DNA of 64,000 nucleotides. It comes from Rhynchobatus australiae. Taxonomy: Eukaryota. The position numbers were made by a program, and so were the translations under genes. Shown one piece after another: positions 40,073 through 53,710 of this stretch (position 1 is the first letter of the stretch; the number at the start of each line of letters is the position of its first letter). A model generated the notes under the pieces. The model was not told the DNA's origin. It did no database searches and saw nothing but the letters and a program-made list of their open reading frames with translations. The DNA is taken from the NCBI GenBank assembly GCA_034780895.1, contig JAUZTB010000017.1:33611435-33675434 (forward strand), written 5' to 3'.

Positions 40073-40444
40073 AGACGAAATTCAACTATTTGAGGAGGTC
40101 ATACCCAGAAAATTACTTTAAGGATCATTTAATGTTAAAAACCATCATTTATAAAGCACCATGTTAATGAGTTAGCCTGAACAAGAATGTTAACACTCAG
40201 AGCATTCCAATCAATTCCTGGAATGTCAGGTTGCTAAACTTTCTTGATTCACACACCTCTGTTGCCTTTATATAGTGGCTCTGGATTTAATTTCATCTCA
40301 GGCATTTTAATTATGCAGACCTAATTATTGGTCCTTTACAAGCAGGAGAAGGAAGGGGTGTATCAAACTGAAAGCAGCATTCCCACACCTCAGGAATTAA
40401 AGTTCCAAGTAAAGTTCCTGGCTCAATGTGATTAGCTGTAGGAA

Positions 40445-40712
40445 ACTAAAGGTCAGTGTAATGTTTGGGATAGTGTGAATTGAAAGGTCAGCTTAGTTAG
40501 AGTTTAGTGAGATTATTATGAATGTGAGGTCAATGCAAACCTAGGGGTCATTGTGAATATGAAATTAAGGGTGAATATGCAGATTCAGAGAGGGTGCATC
40601 ATTCCAGTGCAAACCTAGAGGTCAGTGCGAAATTGAGGCAATGTGAAATTAAGGGTCAATGAGAATCTAGAGGTGAGTGTGAATCCAGGAATCAGTGTGA
40701 AGTTCTGGATCA
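40445..40712 (+). repeat. Degenerate ~18-bp minisatellite, consensus about GTGAAWYTAGRGGTCART
   Basis: RGGTCA or variants at 40450, 40485, 40527, 40545, 40619, 40653, 40671, 40689, 40707; the last four are spaced 18 bp apart. Confidence 0.75.
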
Positions 40713-40817
40713 CTGGCTTGCTAACCCTTACCAAATTAATCAGGCAGATGCTGAGTAATTCAGAGACTGGGTGAGAGCATTTGTTCAGTGAAGCAGACAG
40801 CTACCTGTGTTACGTAC

Positions 40818-41023
40818 TTTAATGTAAGGATGCTTCTCGCAGTTTGTTCCCCACTGCCGTGCACAACGTTCCTCTTTCCTATGCTGATAAAATTCCGGGT
40901 TTTGAAGTATGGCCACTCTGCGGCCTGAGTATACAAGGGCGAAGGCTGAACTGCAAGCCAGGCGATCCTTGTCTTCCGTGCTAACGGGCAGGACAATTGG
41001 AATGGTCAGGTTGATGATTCCAC
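40818..41023 (-). CDS. PAPSS2: PAPSS2 coding exon 8 (206 nt)
   Basis: ccacAG|GTGGA...ATTAAA|GTacg. (G)[21 protein letters not shown]...[22 protein letters not shown]. Confidence 0.97.
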
Positions 41024-41264
41024 CTGTGGACAACAAACCCTATTACCCCACAGGATAAAAATTGTTTGCTACAATCCACATTTCAAAACAGCAGATATTG
41101 ATAGAATACATTATTCAAACAGGAACATTTGGGTTAGGAAATTCAGTTCCGTCCAACCATTTCATTAGATCATGGCTGATCAATACCACACTCACCTTTG
41201 CTCCTTATCCCCAAGGGAAGTCTATTAACTCAATCCTAAAAGCTGAACTAATTTTGTATTATTA

Positions 41265-41830
41265 ATATGTCTTTGAAGACTCTGACAAACTGCAGAGCCA
41301 GAGTCTTCAATGAAGACTGGTTGCATTACAACCTGGTATAGGAAATCAAATGCACAGGAACGTAAGAGGCTACAGAGAGTGGTGGATTCAGCCAGTTCCA
41401 TCACGCTGTAATTCTCCCCACCATCGAGGACATCTACAAGGGGCAAAGTCTCAGGAAGGCAACATCCATCATCGAGGACCCCCACCATCTGGGTCCATGC
41501 CTTCTTCTCATTGCTGCCAATCAGGTAGGAGGTACAGGATCCTGCAGACCCACACCTCAAGATTCAACAACAGCTTCTTCCCCACTGCCATCAGGTTCTT
41601 GAACTGACCTGAGAAGCCCTAATTCTACCTTCGACTATATTTCCCTCAACTTGCAATAATGTTGTTACATTTATTTTTTCTTGGCAAGTTCCGTATAATT
41701 CAAGTTAATTTAAGTTAATGCAGTTTATGCTTGTCATGTTTGTAATGTACTGTGCTGCTCCTGCAAAAGGCTAATTTTCATGGCATTTAGACCCAGGGAA
41801 TATATGCCTATGACAATAAACTTGAACTTG
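41265..41830 (+). mobile_element. Rex1/Babar LINE 3' part
   Basis: QSGRRYRILQTHTSRFNNSFFPTAIRFLN; tail gacaataaacttgaacttg. Confidence 0.85.
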
Positions 41831-42959
41831 TAGTACCTGAACTTGATGTTTCTTTGAAAAATTAATTTTACGTACAGTGTGAAGAAGCAACTTCGACACC
41901 TGTCCAATATGGGTTAATTTGGAGACACCCCACCCCCCACAGGAAATAATTAGTCTGGATTCACCCTATCAAGATCCCTTTAACATGTTAGTTCACTTAT
42001 CGGCTCACTACTCATCTATCTTTATTTCAGGAAATGAGATCTAAGTTTTGTAGCCTGGTCTCATAATTTGACCCTCCAAACAGATTTATGGAGTTAAACC
42101 CAATGGAGCAGCTACCTCATCAATCACTCTTCACTCACTGAGAAAGTTACATATCTGCTTTCTTTCACAGTCATTTTATTGTAAGGTTACAGTTCACTGT
42201 CAGTGGTTGTAGCTCACATTTTAACACTGATGTGGGCCATGTGGGTAATAAATCATTAGGTCTTCGCAGTTTGGGGCCCGAGGGTCTCCTGTTCAAAACT
42301 GTCAGGAAGCACTACCTGGCAAAATACACCACATGTTACCTCAATTTTAATGCAGGCAAGCAAGATACTCATTGAGATGCACTGGGGTTCTTATTTAAAT
42401 ATATAAATCTAGCTCTGATTATATCCATAACGCGTTTCTTAATTTTAAATTTTTGTTATTCCAATTCCCATTTATAGGTTAATTTTAATGTGAGTTTGTT
42501 TACACATATCTTTGGATGATGCATTCCAGCTGGAAACAGCTCATTCAACTTGCACAAGAGGCACATTAAAAGTACACTTGCACATGCACAATTGTATACA
42601 ATTTAAATCATTTTTTTTTTCCTTGCCTTGATTCTTCTTTCCCACCAATCTTCTATTTCGTCATAGGATATCTTTATAGCAGTGAAAGAATACAGTGCTG
42701 GCCCAGATTTTACTGTTACTGGTGCAGGAACAGGAGTTGCTATTCACTTTACTGACATCTGCTCACAGAGTTTCATGGCCTTCTCAATGCAGAATTCCAC
42801 TCATCTGCCCTCTGATCTGGTGCAGTGACCACTGCAAGGGTTTGTGTGAGCAATAGAAGATTTTTAAACTAATCATGATCCTTTCTGCTACATGAAGAAT
42901 TTTTGTTTTAAATCATGTATGGAAAACAACATCACGGGCACATCCCTTACTTCAGTGAG

Positions 42960-43413
42960 ACTGCTGATCAATACATCGCAGGCACATCCCTCCCCAACAC
43001 TGGAAGTATCTACATGAGGCACTGCCTCAAGAAGGCAACATCTATCATCAAAGATTCCTACCATCTGGGTTATGCCACCTTCTCACAGCTACCATCGGGC
43101 AGGAGGTACAGAAGCCTGAAGTTCCACATCACCAGATTCAAGAACAGCTACTTGCCTTCAACCTTTCGGTTCTTGAACCAATTGGCACAACCCTAATCAC
43201 CACAGTTTAGCAACACCATGACCACTTTGATCACTTTGCACTAAAATGGACTTTTTTTGTTCTAATTGTGTTCTTTCTTGTAACAATTGCGTATAATTTA
43301 TGTTTATCTTTTGAATGCTGCTTATATATGTGCCTGTAATGCTGCTGCAAGTGAATTTTTCATTACATCTATGCACACACATACTTGTGCACATGACGAT
43401 AAATTTGACTTTG
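42960..43413 (+). mobile_element. Rex1/Babar LINE 3' end
   Basis: HCLKKATSIIKD...LPSGRRYRSLKFHITRFKNSYLPSTFRFLN. Confidence 0.88.
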
Positions 43414-44621
43414 AAATAAATTTTAGGAAAAAAATGGAAATTGAGAGTTAATTTTGTCTTGAGTCTCCTACACCAGTTTACTTCAGAAAGCATGAGACTC
43501 CAAATTTGTAATGTTTTATTTTCAGGGAAAGTTTTATTTTCAGCTATGATTATCATTTATCATGTTAATAATTCACTTTCTCCTGAATGTACTTTTTTCT
43601 TTCTCTGATGTCCTTTGTGTGAAAAAAAAACGATAAATACCCCAGGTCCACACCATCACAGGAATTTTGGTGCTGTCTATCAGTAAAGACCAAAATACTG
43701 CACTCTGGAGGAACACTGCATCTCTAACATCATCTTCTGGATTTCTCCATTTAACTGCACAAGTGGATATGAGAGAAGTTGTCAATTTGTCTTATTAGTG
43801 TCAATAAACACTGCTGGCTTCACTATAATTGAACATCACAAAATTTGGATCATTTACTTAAGTTATGTCATAGGGTTTAGTAGTACAGATTAATTTTTAT
43901 ACAATGTTCCAAATACAACATTTGCTGTATCTCTGGAATTTCCTAAAAAATGTTTAATTGGATTTCAATTTCATAAGAGTGCATTCTTTATATATTACCA
44001 GAATAAATCTGTCACATTGCACATTGACTGAGACTAAAATCACATATGAAGCATTCTTCCTTTCAGGCTTCATAAAGATCAGAGTTTCCCCGTCATAACT
44101 TCACCCAATTCCACATGGAATCAATGTTTGACATCACATCTAAAGGGATAATTTACTTTTTTTTCCAGAAAACATAAAAACCTAAACTTTCATTCTCTGG
44201 TTATCAGCATTCTGTAGTTTTCTTGAAATCTTCAGGGCCTGAGGAATGCATTTCATGAACACTGCTAATGGTGAAATGCTGTGTTTTCTTTATAATTATT
44301 TTATTGACTTTTCAATGGTAGTATGTCCAACAGAGCTGGAAACCTTATTTTCTTTCCAGGAGTCACAAACCTGTTGCTGTGGCTTTGACCTTCTGTGTAC
44401 TTTCCATGTGCCTTTACCACACAGCTATTGGCAGAGTGTGCAACGTACACCTCTATGGGATTCCCCCAAATCCTTTCCCACCTCCATATTTAAAAAACTC
44501 AGCATTCATCTTTTCAACCAAGCTTTGGGTCACTTCTTCCAACTTCTCCCTCCTGGCACAGTGTTTGAATTAGTTACTTGCCTCTGTTTGTAAATTGCCT
44601 TGCTTGCAATGTTAAGTAATG

Positions 44622-45387
44622 CAGGCAGTCCCTGTGTTATTTAAGTGTTCCATTCCTGAGATCTGTCCATGAACTGATTTTTCAGTAAGTCAGAAACAAT
44701 TTCAATGAGATTTAATTGACATAGAACATTACAGCACAGTNNNNNNNNNNNNNNNNNNNNNNNNNNNNNNNNNNNNNNNNNNNNNNNNNNNNNNNNNNNN
44801 NNNNNNNNNNNNNNNNNNNNNNNNNNNNNNNNNNNNNNNNAGCACAGTACAGGCCCTTCAGCCCACAATGTTGTGCTGACCATTAAACATACTCTATGAT
44901 CAATCTAACCACCCCCTCCCACATCCCCCTCTATTTTTCTATCATCCATGTGCCTATCTAACACATGAACATTCATTTATTGTTTTCCCCTGTGTAGTTA
45001 CATCAGTACAGAATCAGAATGTCCCACATCCAATGGCTAGTTCTGATGGCCTTAAAGTCTTAATGGGCATTTCATTGCTTGATAAAATATTTTACAAGTG
45101 CCAATAGATGAGATTGCCATGTCAGTTTCCAAAGCAAATGTCTTAAGTGGCCTCCCGCTGCAAACTGGCAGCCTGTGTTCTTAGACAATGGTGTATATGA
45201 TTACTGTGGGGAGGTTCATGTAAACCAGATGCCTTTTGAATTAATTAGCTGCTATACCCGTTCCATAACTCCTGAAGATATTTGCATTTCTGTAACTAAC
45301 TTTCCGATCTTGAAAAATTCTTATGGGAGTATTTGCGTAAAGTCAGATTTCTGTGAGTCAGGCCTTCCATAACCTGGGGAGACCCTG
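44622..45387. mobile_element. Tigger-like non-autonomous DNA transposon with nested CR1/SINE tail (~44720-44960)
   Basis: Left end caggcagtccctgtgtta; right end taacctggggagaccctg|TA (imperfect TIRs). Confidence 0.55.
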
Positions 45388-48104
45388 TAGTTGCAAGACA
45401 GAGATCTCACGTTATGATTCTAAACGTGCAACTAAAAAAGAACTGAGTTCAAATTCCACAAAGGCAGAGTTCAATAAATCTGACAATATGTGGAATATCA
45501 CTGGGAAAGTTATTAGATTATCACAGAAAGCACAATTAGGTTCACTTTTGTCCTTCAAGGAAGGGAACCATGTCTCCCCAAAGTGACTTTCTTGTGATGC
45601 CAATCCAGTACTAGGTGGCCAACCTTCTTTGCCCTCTGGTGCTTGGCAAGTACTCAACTGCAAATGAACACTAAAGACCTCTCACAACCTTTCCAAACCT
45701 GCCACTGCTGGCCATATTCCAAACAAACAAACAAATCAAAAAAATATGAATGCAGTTTCTTGCTTTTATTTTTGGAAAAGAAAATAAATATTTTTCTTCT
45801 TAAATAAAGAATTTATAATGCTGCTTTCACTGTTCCTTGAAAAGAAGAATAAACCAAAGTCTGATCCTGGTTTAACAGCTGGCAGCAACTAAGCTGCCCA
45901 CATAAAGAAACCAGTTTAAGGTAGAAAGATGTTGAATTTACAAAACACCTTTCACAGGACATCCCTNNNNNNNNNNNNNNNNNNNNNNNNNNNNNNNNNN
46001 NNNNNNNNNATTGGGCAGCCAAATTAGCACAAAGCAAATATCCTCTAAGCAGCAGAAAGACTTCATCCATTATGGTCATGTTGGTTACGAGCTGACTGTT
46101 GGTCATGATACGAAGTCAGCCAATGACTCTTATCCTGAAAAGCAACATAAGATCTCTAACACCACCAGAAAAGTCTCCTCCAATAACTGGCACCGACTAA
46201 CTTGAGTTCTAAGGTCAAGAGATCTACACTTAGAGACTGGATCTCTTTCAATGGGGTGATGGCTATCGTATGGCTCCCTAGAACAGTAAGGGACTGCAGG
46301 CAATCAACAGATGAAACTATCTTTCCCAATGGTCCTAATCTGTGAGCGCGATAGTCACCCATCAGAACCCACCTCCATAGCACACTCAAGCAGATTTTGA
46401 AACCCTGTGCAGGATCCATCTGGTGAGATGTGTGCAGAGCATGTTTTTTTCCAGAAAAATAAAGATTCCAGAAACAGAAAGCTGGCTTTATTTCCTTTGA
46501 GCATCATCCTACTAAAATATAATTGCCCAAAATTTGCAATAAGTGGTGAACTGCTCAAACTTTCTTCTGGCCATTGCACAAATACAAATTAACCTCATCT
46601 GGCTCTCCCACCTGGAACTTGCAACTCAAAGCCAACTTGTTCCTGCTCAGTGAGGCCCACGTGTAAGCAAAGCTTTCTGCACTATAACTAATCACTGTGG
46701 GATGATGTAGAAAGAGCCCCATCCACAAAAAATGAAAATGACTGACAGCTGGCTAAGCTGCGCCCCTTGGTTTGAATGTTCGAAACATTCGAAACCATTT
46801 GAAGTCTATTAAAGTCATTAATATTTTTCTAAAAAAAAACAGTCTAAAACATTTAAAGCATTTAAAGACACTTTAATTAAGAAACATACAAATTATCCAC
46901 AACTTACTTTAGTCCCTAAGAATTGTGGCTGTCGAGAATAATTCTCTACACCAGATGCAACCCACGCACAAGATGGTCAATTCCCCACCAGTTTTGTATG
47001 GGACATTTGCTTTTGTTTGGAAATCCTGAAGTTGCTTACGGTTACAGTTACAGAGTAAAATGACAGCAGTCATACAGACAGATGCCAATACCTCCCGGCA
47101 AAATTCTGTTGCATTCTATCTGACAGCAACAATTGCATCAATTCCTCTCTTTAAGAATCCAGATGGACCATCTGCCGTTAGAGCTCTCAGTTTATGGATG
47201 TTCCTGATCATCCCATCTCTATTCACAAAATGATAATCAGCCAAACTATCCAAAGCACTATTTTTCCCCAATTACATTTATTACATTTTTAATCATCTGC
47301 TTTTTGTCCCCCCTCAATCCATAAAATGCCTCTTCTATGCTCCAAAAATTCCTTCCATACACACTGTTTGTATTGTTGCTGGAAATATATGCTGATGTCT
47401 TCTATTTGCACAAAGTTTTATTTGACTAACTACATTATTTGTTGCAATTATGGGAATGCCAATGTAACTTCTCTACTCAGAGAGTGTGGGAAGTTTGATT
47501 CTATCAGCAGTAGCTAGGGTTAAATAGCTTTGGGGCATTTAAAGAGAAGATAGATTAATATATGGGGCGAGAAAGGAATAAAATGGTTTAACTGTTAAGG
47601 TTAGATGAGTTAGAGTGGGTTTGTGTGAAGTATAAATACCAGCAGGGACTTGCTGGGCATAATAGTTTGTCATTTCTACTGGTTTCATTGAAATAAAATC
47701 TGGTTGAGTTCTATGATGGGAGGTGATCTGCTCTTCTCATTCATGACCCACACAGTGAAGATGAGAACAACCTTCCATGGGTATGATACCAAACTTCCAG
47801 TTTTCTCAGACCATATTTGTATTTATCTATAGGCCTCCCTGTGTTTTCTGTTAAAAGTCAGATGGAGTCTTGAATCAATGGAGTGGTTGTGCAGATGTAA
47901 CTCATACTGAAATATGCACTTAAACAAGCCTTGGTTTCCAAAGCCCAACCACCCACATGAAACCATTGTGGTTAGCACAGATGAGGCAAGAAAACTGAAA
48001 GCAGCGATTAAAATAATCCTAAAATTTGATTTGAAAAACTCAAGTTTGAAGGGAAGGCTGAAAGAGGAGCAGGCCTTAGGGATTTATAGACAAGGAAAGT
48101 GTAC

Positions 48105-48430
48105 AATGGTGCATCCAGTAGAAATGCTGCCTGGGTTCAATAATCCTCACCTCAGGTGCTCACTGTACGGAGTTCGCAAGTCTCCATTTGACTGTGTGGG
48201 TTTCCCCGTGTGCTCCAGTTTTTTTTCCACATCCCAAAGACGTGCAAATTGATAGGTTAAATGGCCACCTTAAATTGCCCCTGGTACGTAGGTGAACGGT
48301 AGAAGCTGGGGAGAGCTGACAAGAATGTTGGGAGAATAAAATGGGACTAATGTAGGATTAGTGTAAATGTGATGGTCTGCATAGACTCAATGGGCTGAAG
48401 GGCCTGTTTCTGTGCTGTATCACTCTATAA
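48105..48430 (+). mobile_element. Older V-SINE-type element with CR1-type tail
   Basis: gggttcaa...gtgggtttccccgtgtgctccagttt...atcccaaagacgtgc...gggctgaagggcctgtttctgtgctgtatcactcta. Confidence 0.8.
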
Positions 48431-50047
48431 TACACAGTATAAAGGGAGCCCATTCAGATGCTAATGCCCATGACTGTACCAGCTCTTCAGTTTAAAGGAT
48501 GTAATCTAATGCCATTTCTTTTGCTTTCTTTGAATCCTTTCACAATCTCATTTTTCTGATACTTATTCATCTTTCTTTTAAATAATGTTGCAGATTCTCA
48601 TATTTGCATAGAATGATCTATACGAAACCAGTCCTTTCAACAGTTGTAATTGAGTTTGCTCAGCTTTAGTTTTGATTTGTCCTGTCAAAGCCTTTCGGTA
48701 TTTCATTAACCACTGTGGTTTCCTCTCATTGGTTGTCACAGTTTTTCTTGACACAGGTGTGTCCAAATATAGAGAGAATAGATCTGTGCCCTAACCATAA
48801 CTTGCATGATGCCAAGATTACTGACGTTATTATATTTCAATATTCTACAGTTCCTTTTGGCTTTTATTTTATACTTCGGTCTTACCTTGACTTTTACAAA
48901 TCTATTTTTCAGCTCCCTTTTATCTATTTCTTCACTCTAGGTTGACGTCAGCCATGGCTGTGAGTGGCACTTGTGCAAGAAGGTTGTGGATCAAGGCACT
49001 TTTGAGAAGCAGAGGAGAAAATTGGGCTTACACTACAACAGAGTACTCAGGAAGGCTGGACTGTTAGAAATTCTGTCTATTGTTAAGCAAGGTTGTGTCT
49101 TCGTCTTGAATGGTGCTATTTTGAAGATGAGTAAGGATGTTTTGGTGCCAATACTTAGTTTTCAACAAATATCTCTGCATCAAATTAATAGTCATCATCT
49201 CATTGCTATTTATGGGATCTTGCTATGTGCAAATTACTTGCTGCATTTACTGGATCACGGTGCTAACAAAAGTACATCAATAGTGGTAACAATGTTGGGA
49301 TAACAGTGTCCTTGTCACAATGTTGAGCAAAGAGCAAGCTCACAGAGAACCCAAATGCAGCACACTGGTACAAGACTGGAATCAGGAGACTTCCTCAGGA
49401 CCAAACACAGGCAGTAACTGGAAGGAATCTTGCCTTGGAGATCTGAGGAGGAATCCCAACACAAACTGGATATTCAAAGAGGAACAGAGAACNNNNNNNN
49501 NNNNNNNNNNNNNNNNNNNNNNNNNNNNNNNNNNNNNNNNNNNNNNNNNNNNNNNNNNNNNNNNNNNNNNNNNNNNNNNNNNNNNNNNNNNNGCCCCTGA
49601 TGGGGCTCAGGTGTGTGTCATTATGCAATCAGTCCAGCATAGAATCCATGTGCTGTACAACAAGGCATCGAAGGAGCCAAATTGAGGGCCAGTACTCAGA
49701 TAGTCCTACTTACAGAATCTAAAAAAGTGACCACTTATCAATGTCTCATCTTATTTCACTTTTGATAATTTTCCACATCATTAATGAAAATGGAGAAAGC
49801 AGACAGGGCAACCTTCATATAGCGTGGAGTGTAAGAGTGACACACTTGAACTTGGCAAAAGAATTACAGTGAATTTGTCCAGGACACTGCTGGTACCTAG
49901 TGGCATGAGAGTAGCCACAAGTAGTGAAGTAATGCATGCCACCACTATAAAGAGTGGATAAATTTTACACAAGGTAAATAATTGTAACGTTAAGGACTAC
50001 CACTGTTACTGATAATGTTTGAAGAATTTGCATTCAGTGCTTCTTAC

Positions 50048-50159
50048 CATCCAAGAGCATCCCAAAGTGCAGAACTTGCAGGAATTCCTTTTCCCTCATG
50101 AAGCCTGAGAGTGGAGTCGCCCAGCCTTCAGATAAAACCTGAACCCACTGCAGATCCAG
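50048..50159 (-). CDS. PAPSS2: PAPSS2 coding exon 7 (112 nt)
   Basis: tccAG|CTGGAT...GATG|GTaag. [37 protein letters not shown](G). Confidence 0.97.
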
Positions 50160-50999
50160 CTGGAACAGAACAAATCCTTTGGTAAATCCAATGCACTTTC
50201 TCATTGCTGAATAAAAATACAATTATTAATGTGATGATTGTTTCAGCACACAGAACTCTATCGATGAAACACATTGCCAAGTCTATTCAACAATTGCAAA
50301 ATCATGAATTTGAGTGTGAAGTAATTGTCTTCACTAGCCCCGAAGAGTGCAACTCAAACAACACTTTAAAAGTTCAATATTATCCAGGACAAACAAGTTG
50401 ACTTGATCGGCACTCCTAATCCTACCATATGGTCACTCCCTCCATAACCCACACAATGTGTACTATTTACAAAATGCACCAAAGTTACTCGCCTAGACTT
50501 CTTCAACATCACCTATTAAATCTGCTATCTCTGTTGGTAATTTATTCATCTATTACATTGAAGCAATAGTCTACTAGATAAAGAGAATTGTCTCTATTTG
50601 GGCGGGTAAACAATTGCTGTCGATTACCTAAGAGCAATGCTCACAAAATTTAATTCGAGTTATTAGAGAGGCACATGAATATGCAGGGATGAAGGGATAC
50701 AGATCATGTGCAGGCAGAAAGGATTGTGCATTTAGGCATCATTAGTTTAATTAGTTTTGCAAAACATCGTGGGCTGAAGGGTCTGTTTCTGTTCTATGTT
50801 CCATGTTAAATCATAGCTACAGTCTCTCTGCTTCCAACTTTGCACAAGCAGATACTTCAAAGAAACCTCTCAAGTGTTTCGCCCTTAGCAGGACAAGACT
50901 GTAGCACTAATACTCTGCCCAAGACCAGAGTGAATGTTTCCCTTCTTTGTATCATCTCCTCTAAACTTACTAGGCTGAAAATTGTGATGCACAAGAAAG

Positions 51000-51520
51000 C
51001 TTCAATACTATTGTGGAGAGTTGAGGGCACAAAGTAAGTCTTTAGGGTGACATAGGAAAGAATATGAAGTCATGATGGGGTTGGTGGGGGAGGGCAAGGA
51101 GGCAAGGAATCTCGGAGTTGGGGTGAGGATTACAAGTAGTAAGGAGATATTTTGGAGGCAGCAAACCAGCGGTGATAGGAGTAGATCCTGGAGTAGTGGG
51201 GGTGACAATCATGATGGATCTTAGGGAGATGACTGGGGGCAGTTGGCAGTTAGTTGACTAACAGATGGGGGTTAGTCAGTCAGGGAGATGACCGACCCAG
51301 GAGATATGCTAGGGGTATTAAGAGAATTGGTGGTTGAGCATTTTGGAAGGTGACCCACAGTGAGGTTGGATTGGAGACGAGGTAAAGGGGTCAGAAAGAT
51401 GATCAGGGGCAGTTCTGGGAGGTAATTGGGTGCCAGGAGACAAAAGGGAACATGAATGGAGAGGAGGTTAAGGACATGGTCAACAGGAAAGGGGGAATGA
51501 AAGACAATGAAGAGTCTGCC
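51000..51520 (-). mobile_element. Ancient L2-like LINE remnant
   Basis: Strongly G/A-skewed plus strand and decayed Pro/Leu/Ser-rich minus-strand frames; similar character at 22000-22620 on the opposite strand. Confidence 0.4.
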
Positions 51521-52045
51521 CAAAAGTAGATGGACTTCTGACTCCCTTTAACTAACACTGAGGCAGGCCTCAACCTTTCTGTTAAGACCTGCTCCAATAT
51601 TTGAACCTGGCATCTGTGCGATCAAACTTAATACAAGTGATGCCAAACTAATGTACCCTGAGATTTTAGTGTATGTGTGGTGTATATGTGTGTTATCCTC
51701 AGGACCTGGATGGAAAATCTGGAAGTGTGGTCATGGTACACAAAGTACCTGGCTGCATTCACAAATGGAGTTTTTAAAAGTGTTATCACACACCAAGGAA
51801 ACCTTGTAGGCCCATTACTACTGACCATGTGACATCAACCACCAATACTAGTGATTAAGATTTCAAGCCTCAAAATGCTTCAGTCCAGCACACTGCCATA
51901 TGTTTGAAGGAAACCACTTCTGAGGGGAAACAACTGGCTGAGGGGAGACTGGCTTCATCACTCTTCCACCCCTAGTTGGCAACTGCTCAAATAGTTGCTC
52001 AACTATATGTAATTGCAGCAACATGGGCAATCTGTTTGCACTTAG

Positions 52046-52500
52046 TCAAAGTTGAATGTCGAGTTTATTGTCAATACGCACAAGTACATGTATGCACAGG
52101 TGCAATGAAAAACTTGCTTGCAGCAGTATCACAGGCACATGGTGCCACATACACAAGACTGACAAGAAAAAACGTAATTTAAGCATAAATTATACAAGAA
52201 AGAACACAATTAGAACAAAAAAAACAAAGTCCATTGTAGTGCAAAGTGGTCATACTGTTGCTAATATTGAGGTGGCGATTAGGTTTGTGCAGGTTGGTTC
52301 AAGAACCAAATGGTTGAAGGGAAGTAGCTGTTTCCAAACCTGATGGTGTAGGACTTCAGGCCTCTGTATCTCCTGCCCCATGGTAGCTGTGAGAAGATGG
52401 CATGGCCCAGATGTTGGGGATCTTTGACAATAGATGTTGCCTTCTTGAGGCAGTGACTCCTGTAGATACTTCCCATGGTGGGGAGGGATGTGCCTGTGAT
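52046..52500 (-). mobile_element. Rex1/Babar LINE 3' end, about 60 nt from the exon 6 donor
   Basis: GSIYRSHCLKKATSIVKDPQHLGHAIFSQLPWGRRYRGLKSYTIRFGNSYFPSTIWFLN; same subfamily as 42960-43413. Confidence 0.88.
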
Positions 52501-52559
52501 GTATTAATCGGCAGTCTCACTGAAGTAAAACATTTTAGAAGTGGAATGACGAGCACTAC

Positions 52560-52673
52560 CTGTGTTATCTGCAGTGTGGGCAGAACCTGGGCTGCTTCAC
52601 GTGCCAAGTCCAGCTTGTTTTCCAGGACAAACAGTTCCTTCACTTCTTCATTCGCAGCAGGAGGAACAATGCC
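52560..52673 (-). CDS. PAPSS2: PAPSS2 coding exon 6 (114 nt), linker and start of ATP sulfurylase domain
   Basis: ctctaAG|GGCATT...ACACAG|GTagt. GIVPPAANEEVKELFVLENKLDLAREAAQVLPTLQITQ. Confidence 0.93.
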
Positions 52674-53592
52674 CTTAGAGAAACAATAAACACATCTGTC
52701 ACACAGCCTGCTGGCCCATCTCCCAGCAAGTCAGAATGCCTCTCACTAACGTGCCTTTCAAGGTGGGTCTTGTACATGTGCCAGTCGGAAAGTTAGTCCA
52801 TTTAACGACTGTAATTAAGGTTCTCACAGTTTTATAATAAAACACCATCTCATGGGCCACAACTAACATTACTGGTGTGATATCTGCTGCTCCAGGATTT
52901 TCTTAAAGGGAATGCTCATTAAGAGAAAGCTGCATGTCCCACATCAGAGCTACAGAACAAGCAGCAAGCCTTTCACACTCCCAGCTCCCTTACCGAGTAT
53001 CTGTTTAGCTTATGTGACTCTGCTGCTTTGAGCTTCCTCTCCAAAGCATCCCAACCTTGAATGGTAAAGCCCTAAGTGGCGGCAGGGCTTTGCACAATGT
53101 AAAGCCGTCATATATGGTCCCAGGAGAAAAGTCTGACAGATTACGTGACACCCAGCTATACTATGCGTCAGGTTTAGTTCGTTGCCTAACCTGCCAAAGT
53201 GTGGCTGGTTCTGAAATGTACCTGCACATTCAGAATCTATCAAAAATCAATGAAACGATCCAAAATTAAAAAGAATTAGAACAACTGAAAATAATAAAAA
53301 ATGTATTTATCCAAACTCAATAATTCAAAAGATTGTAAATTAATGAATATGTTTTCTTCTTCCTTGAAATGGATGGAGTTGCTCTTCCAATGTCATCGCT
53401 AACCTGTCACCATTTCAGTCAGCAAATTTCCCTCACACCATTGTTGGATAATTGCAACAAGTTTCTGCTCTGCTGCTGGACTTCATGTTGCCATGGGAAT
53501 CCTGAACTTGATGGTACTTAGGAGAAAAATGACAGCAGATTGGCTACTAACTATTCATCTTTTCCTGTAAGTTCTGGTCTGATACCTCAGTT

Positions 53593-53710
53593 AAGATAAG
53601 ACAAGATAAGATATCTTTATTAGTCACATGTACATCAAAACACGTGAGATGCATCTTTTGCGCAGAGTGTTCTGGGGACAGCCGGCAAGTGTCACCAATC
53701 TTCCGGCGCT
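53593..53710 (-). mobile_element. V-SINE 3' fragment
   Basis: Reverse complement gcgccggaag...gacacttgc...cccagaacactctgcgcaaaagatgcat...gtacatgtgactaataaagatatcttatctt. Confidence 0.85.

Noticed and set aside
46758-46773. CTCF-like motif aaccaaggggcgcag (minus strand)
   Set aside because: Single imperfect match in a probable old repeat; not supportable without data.
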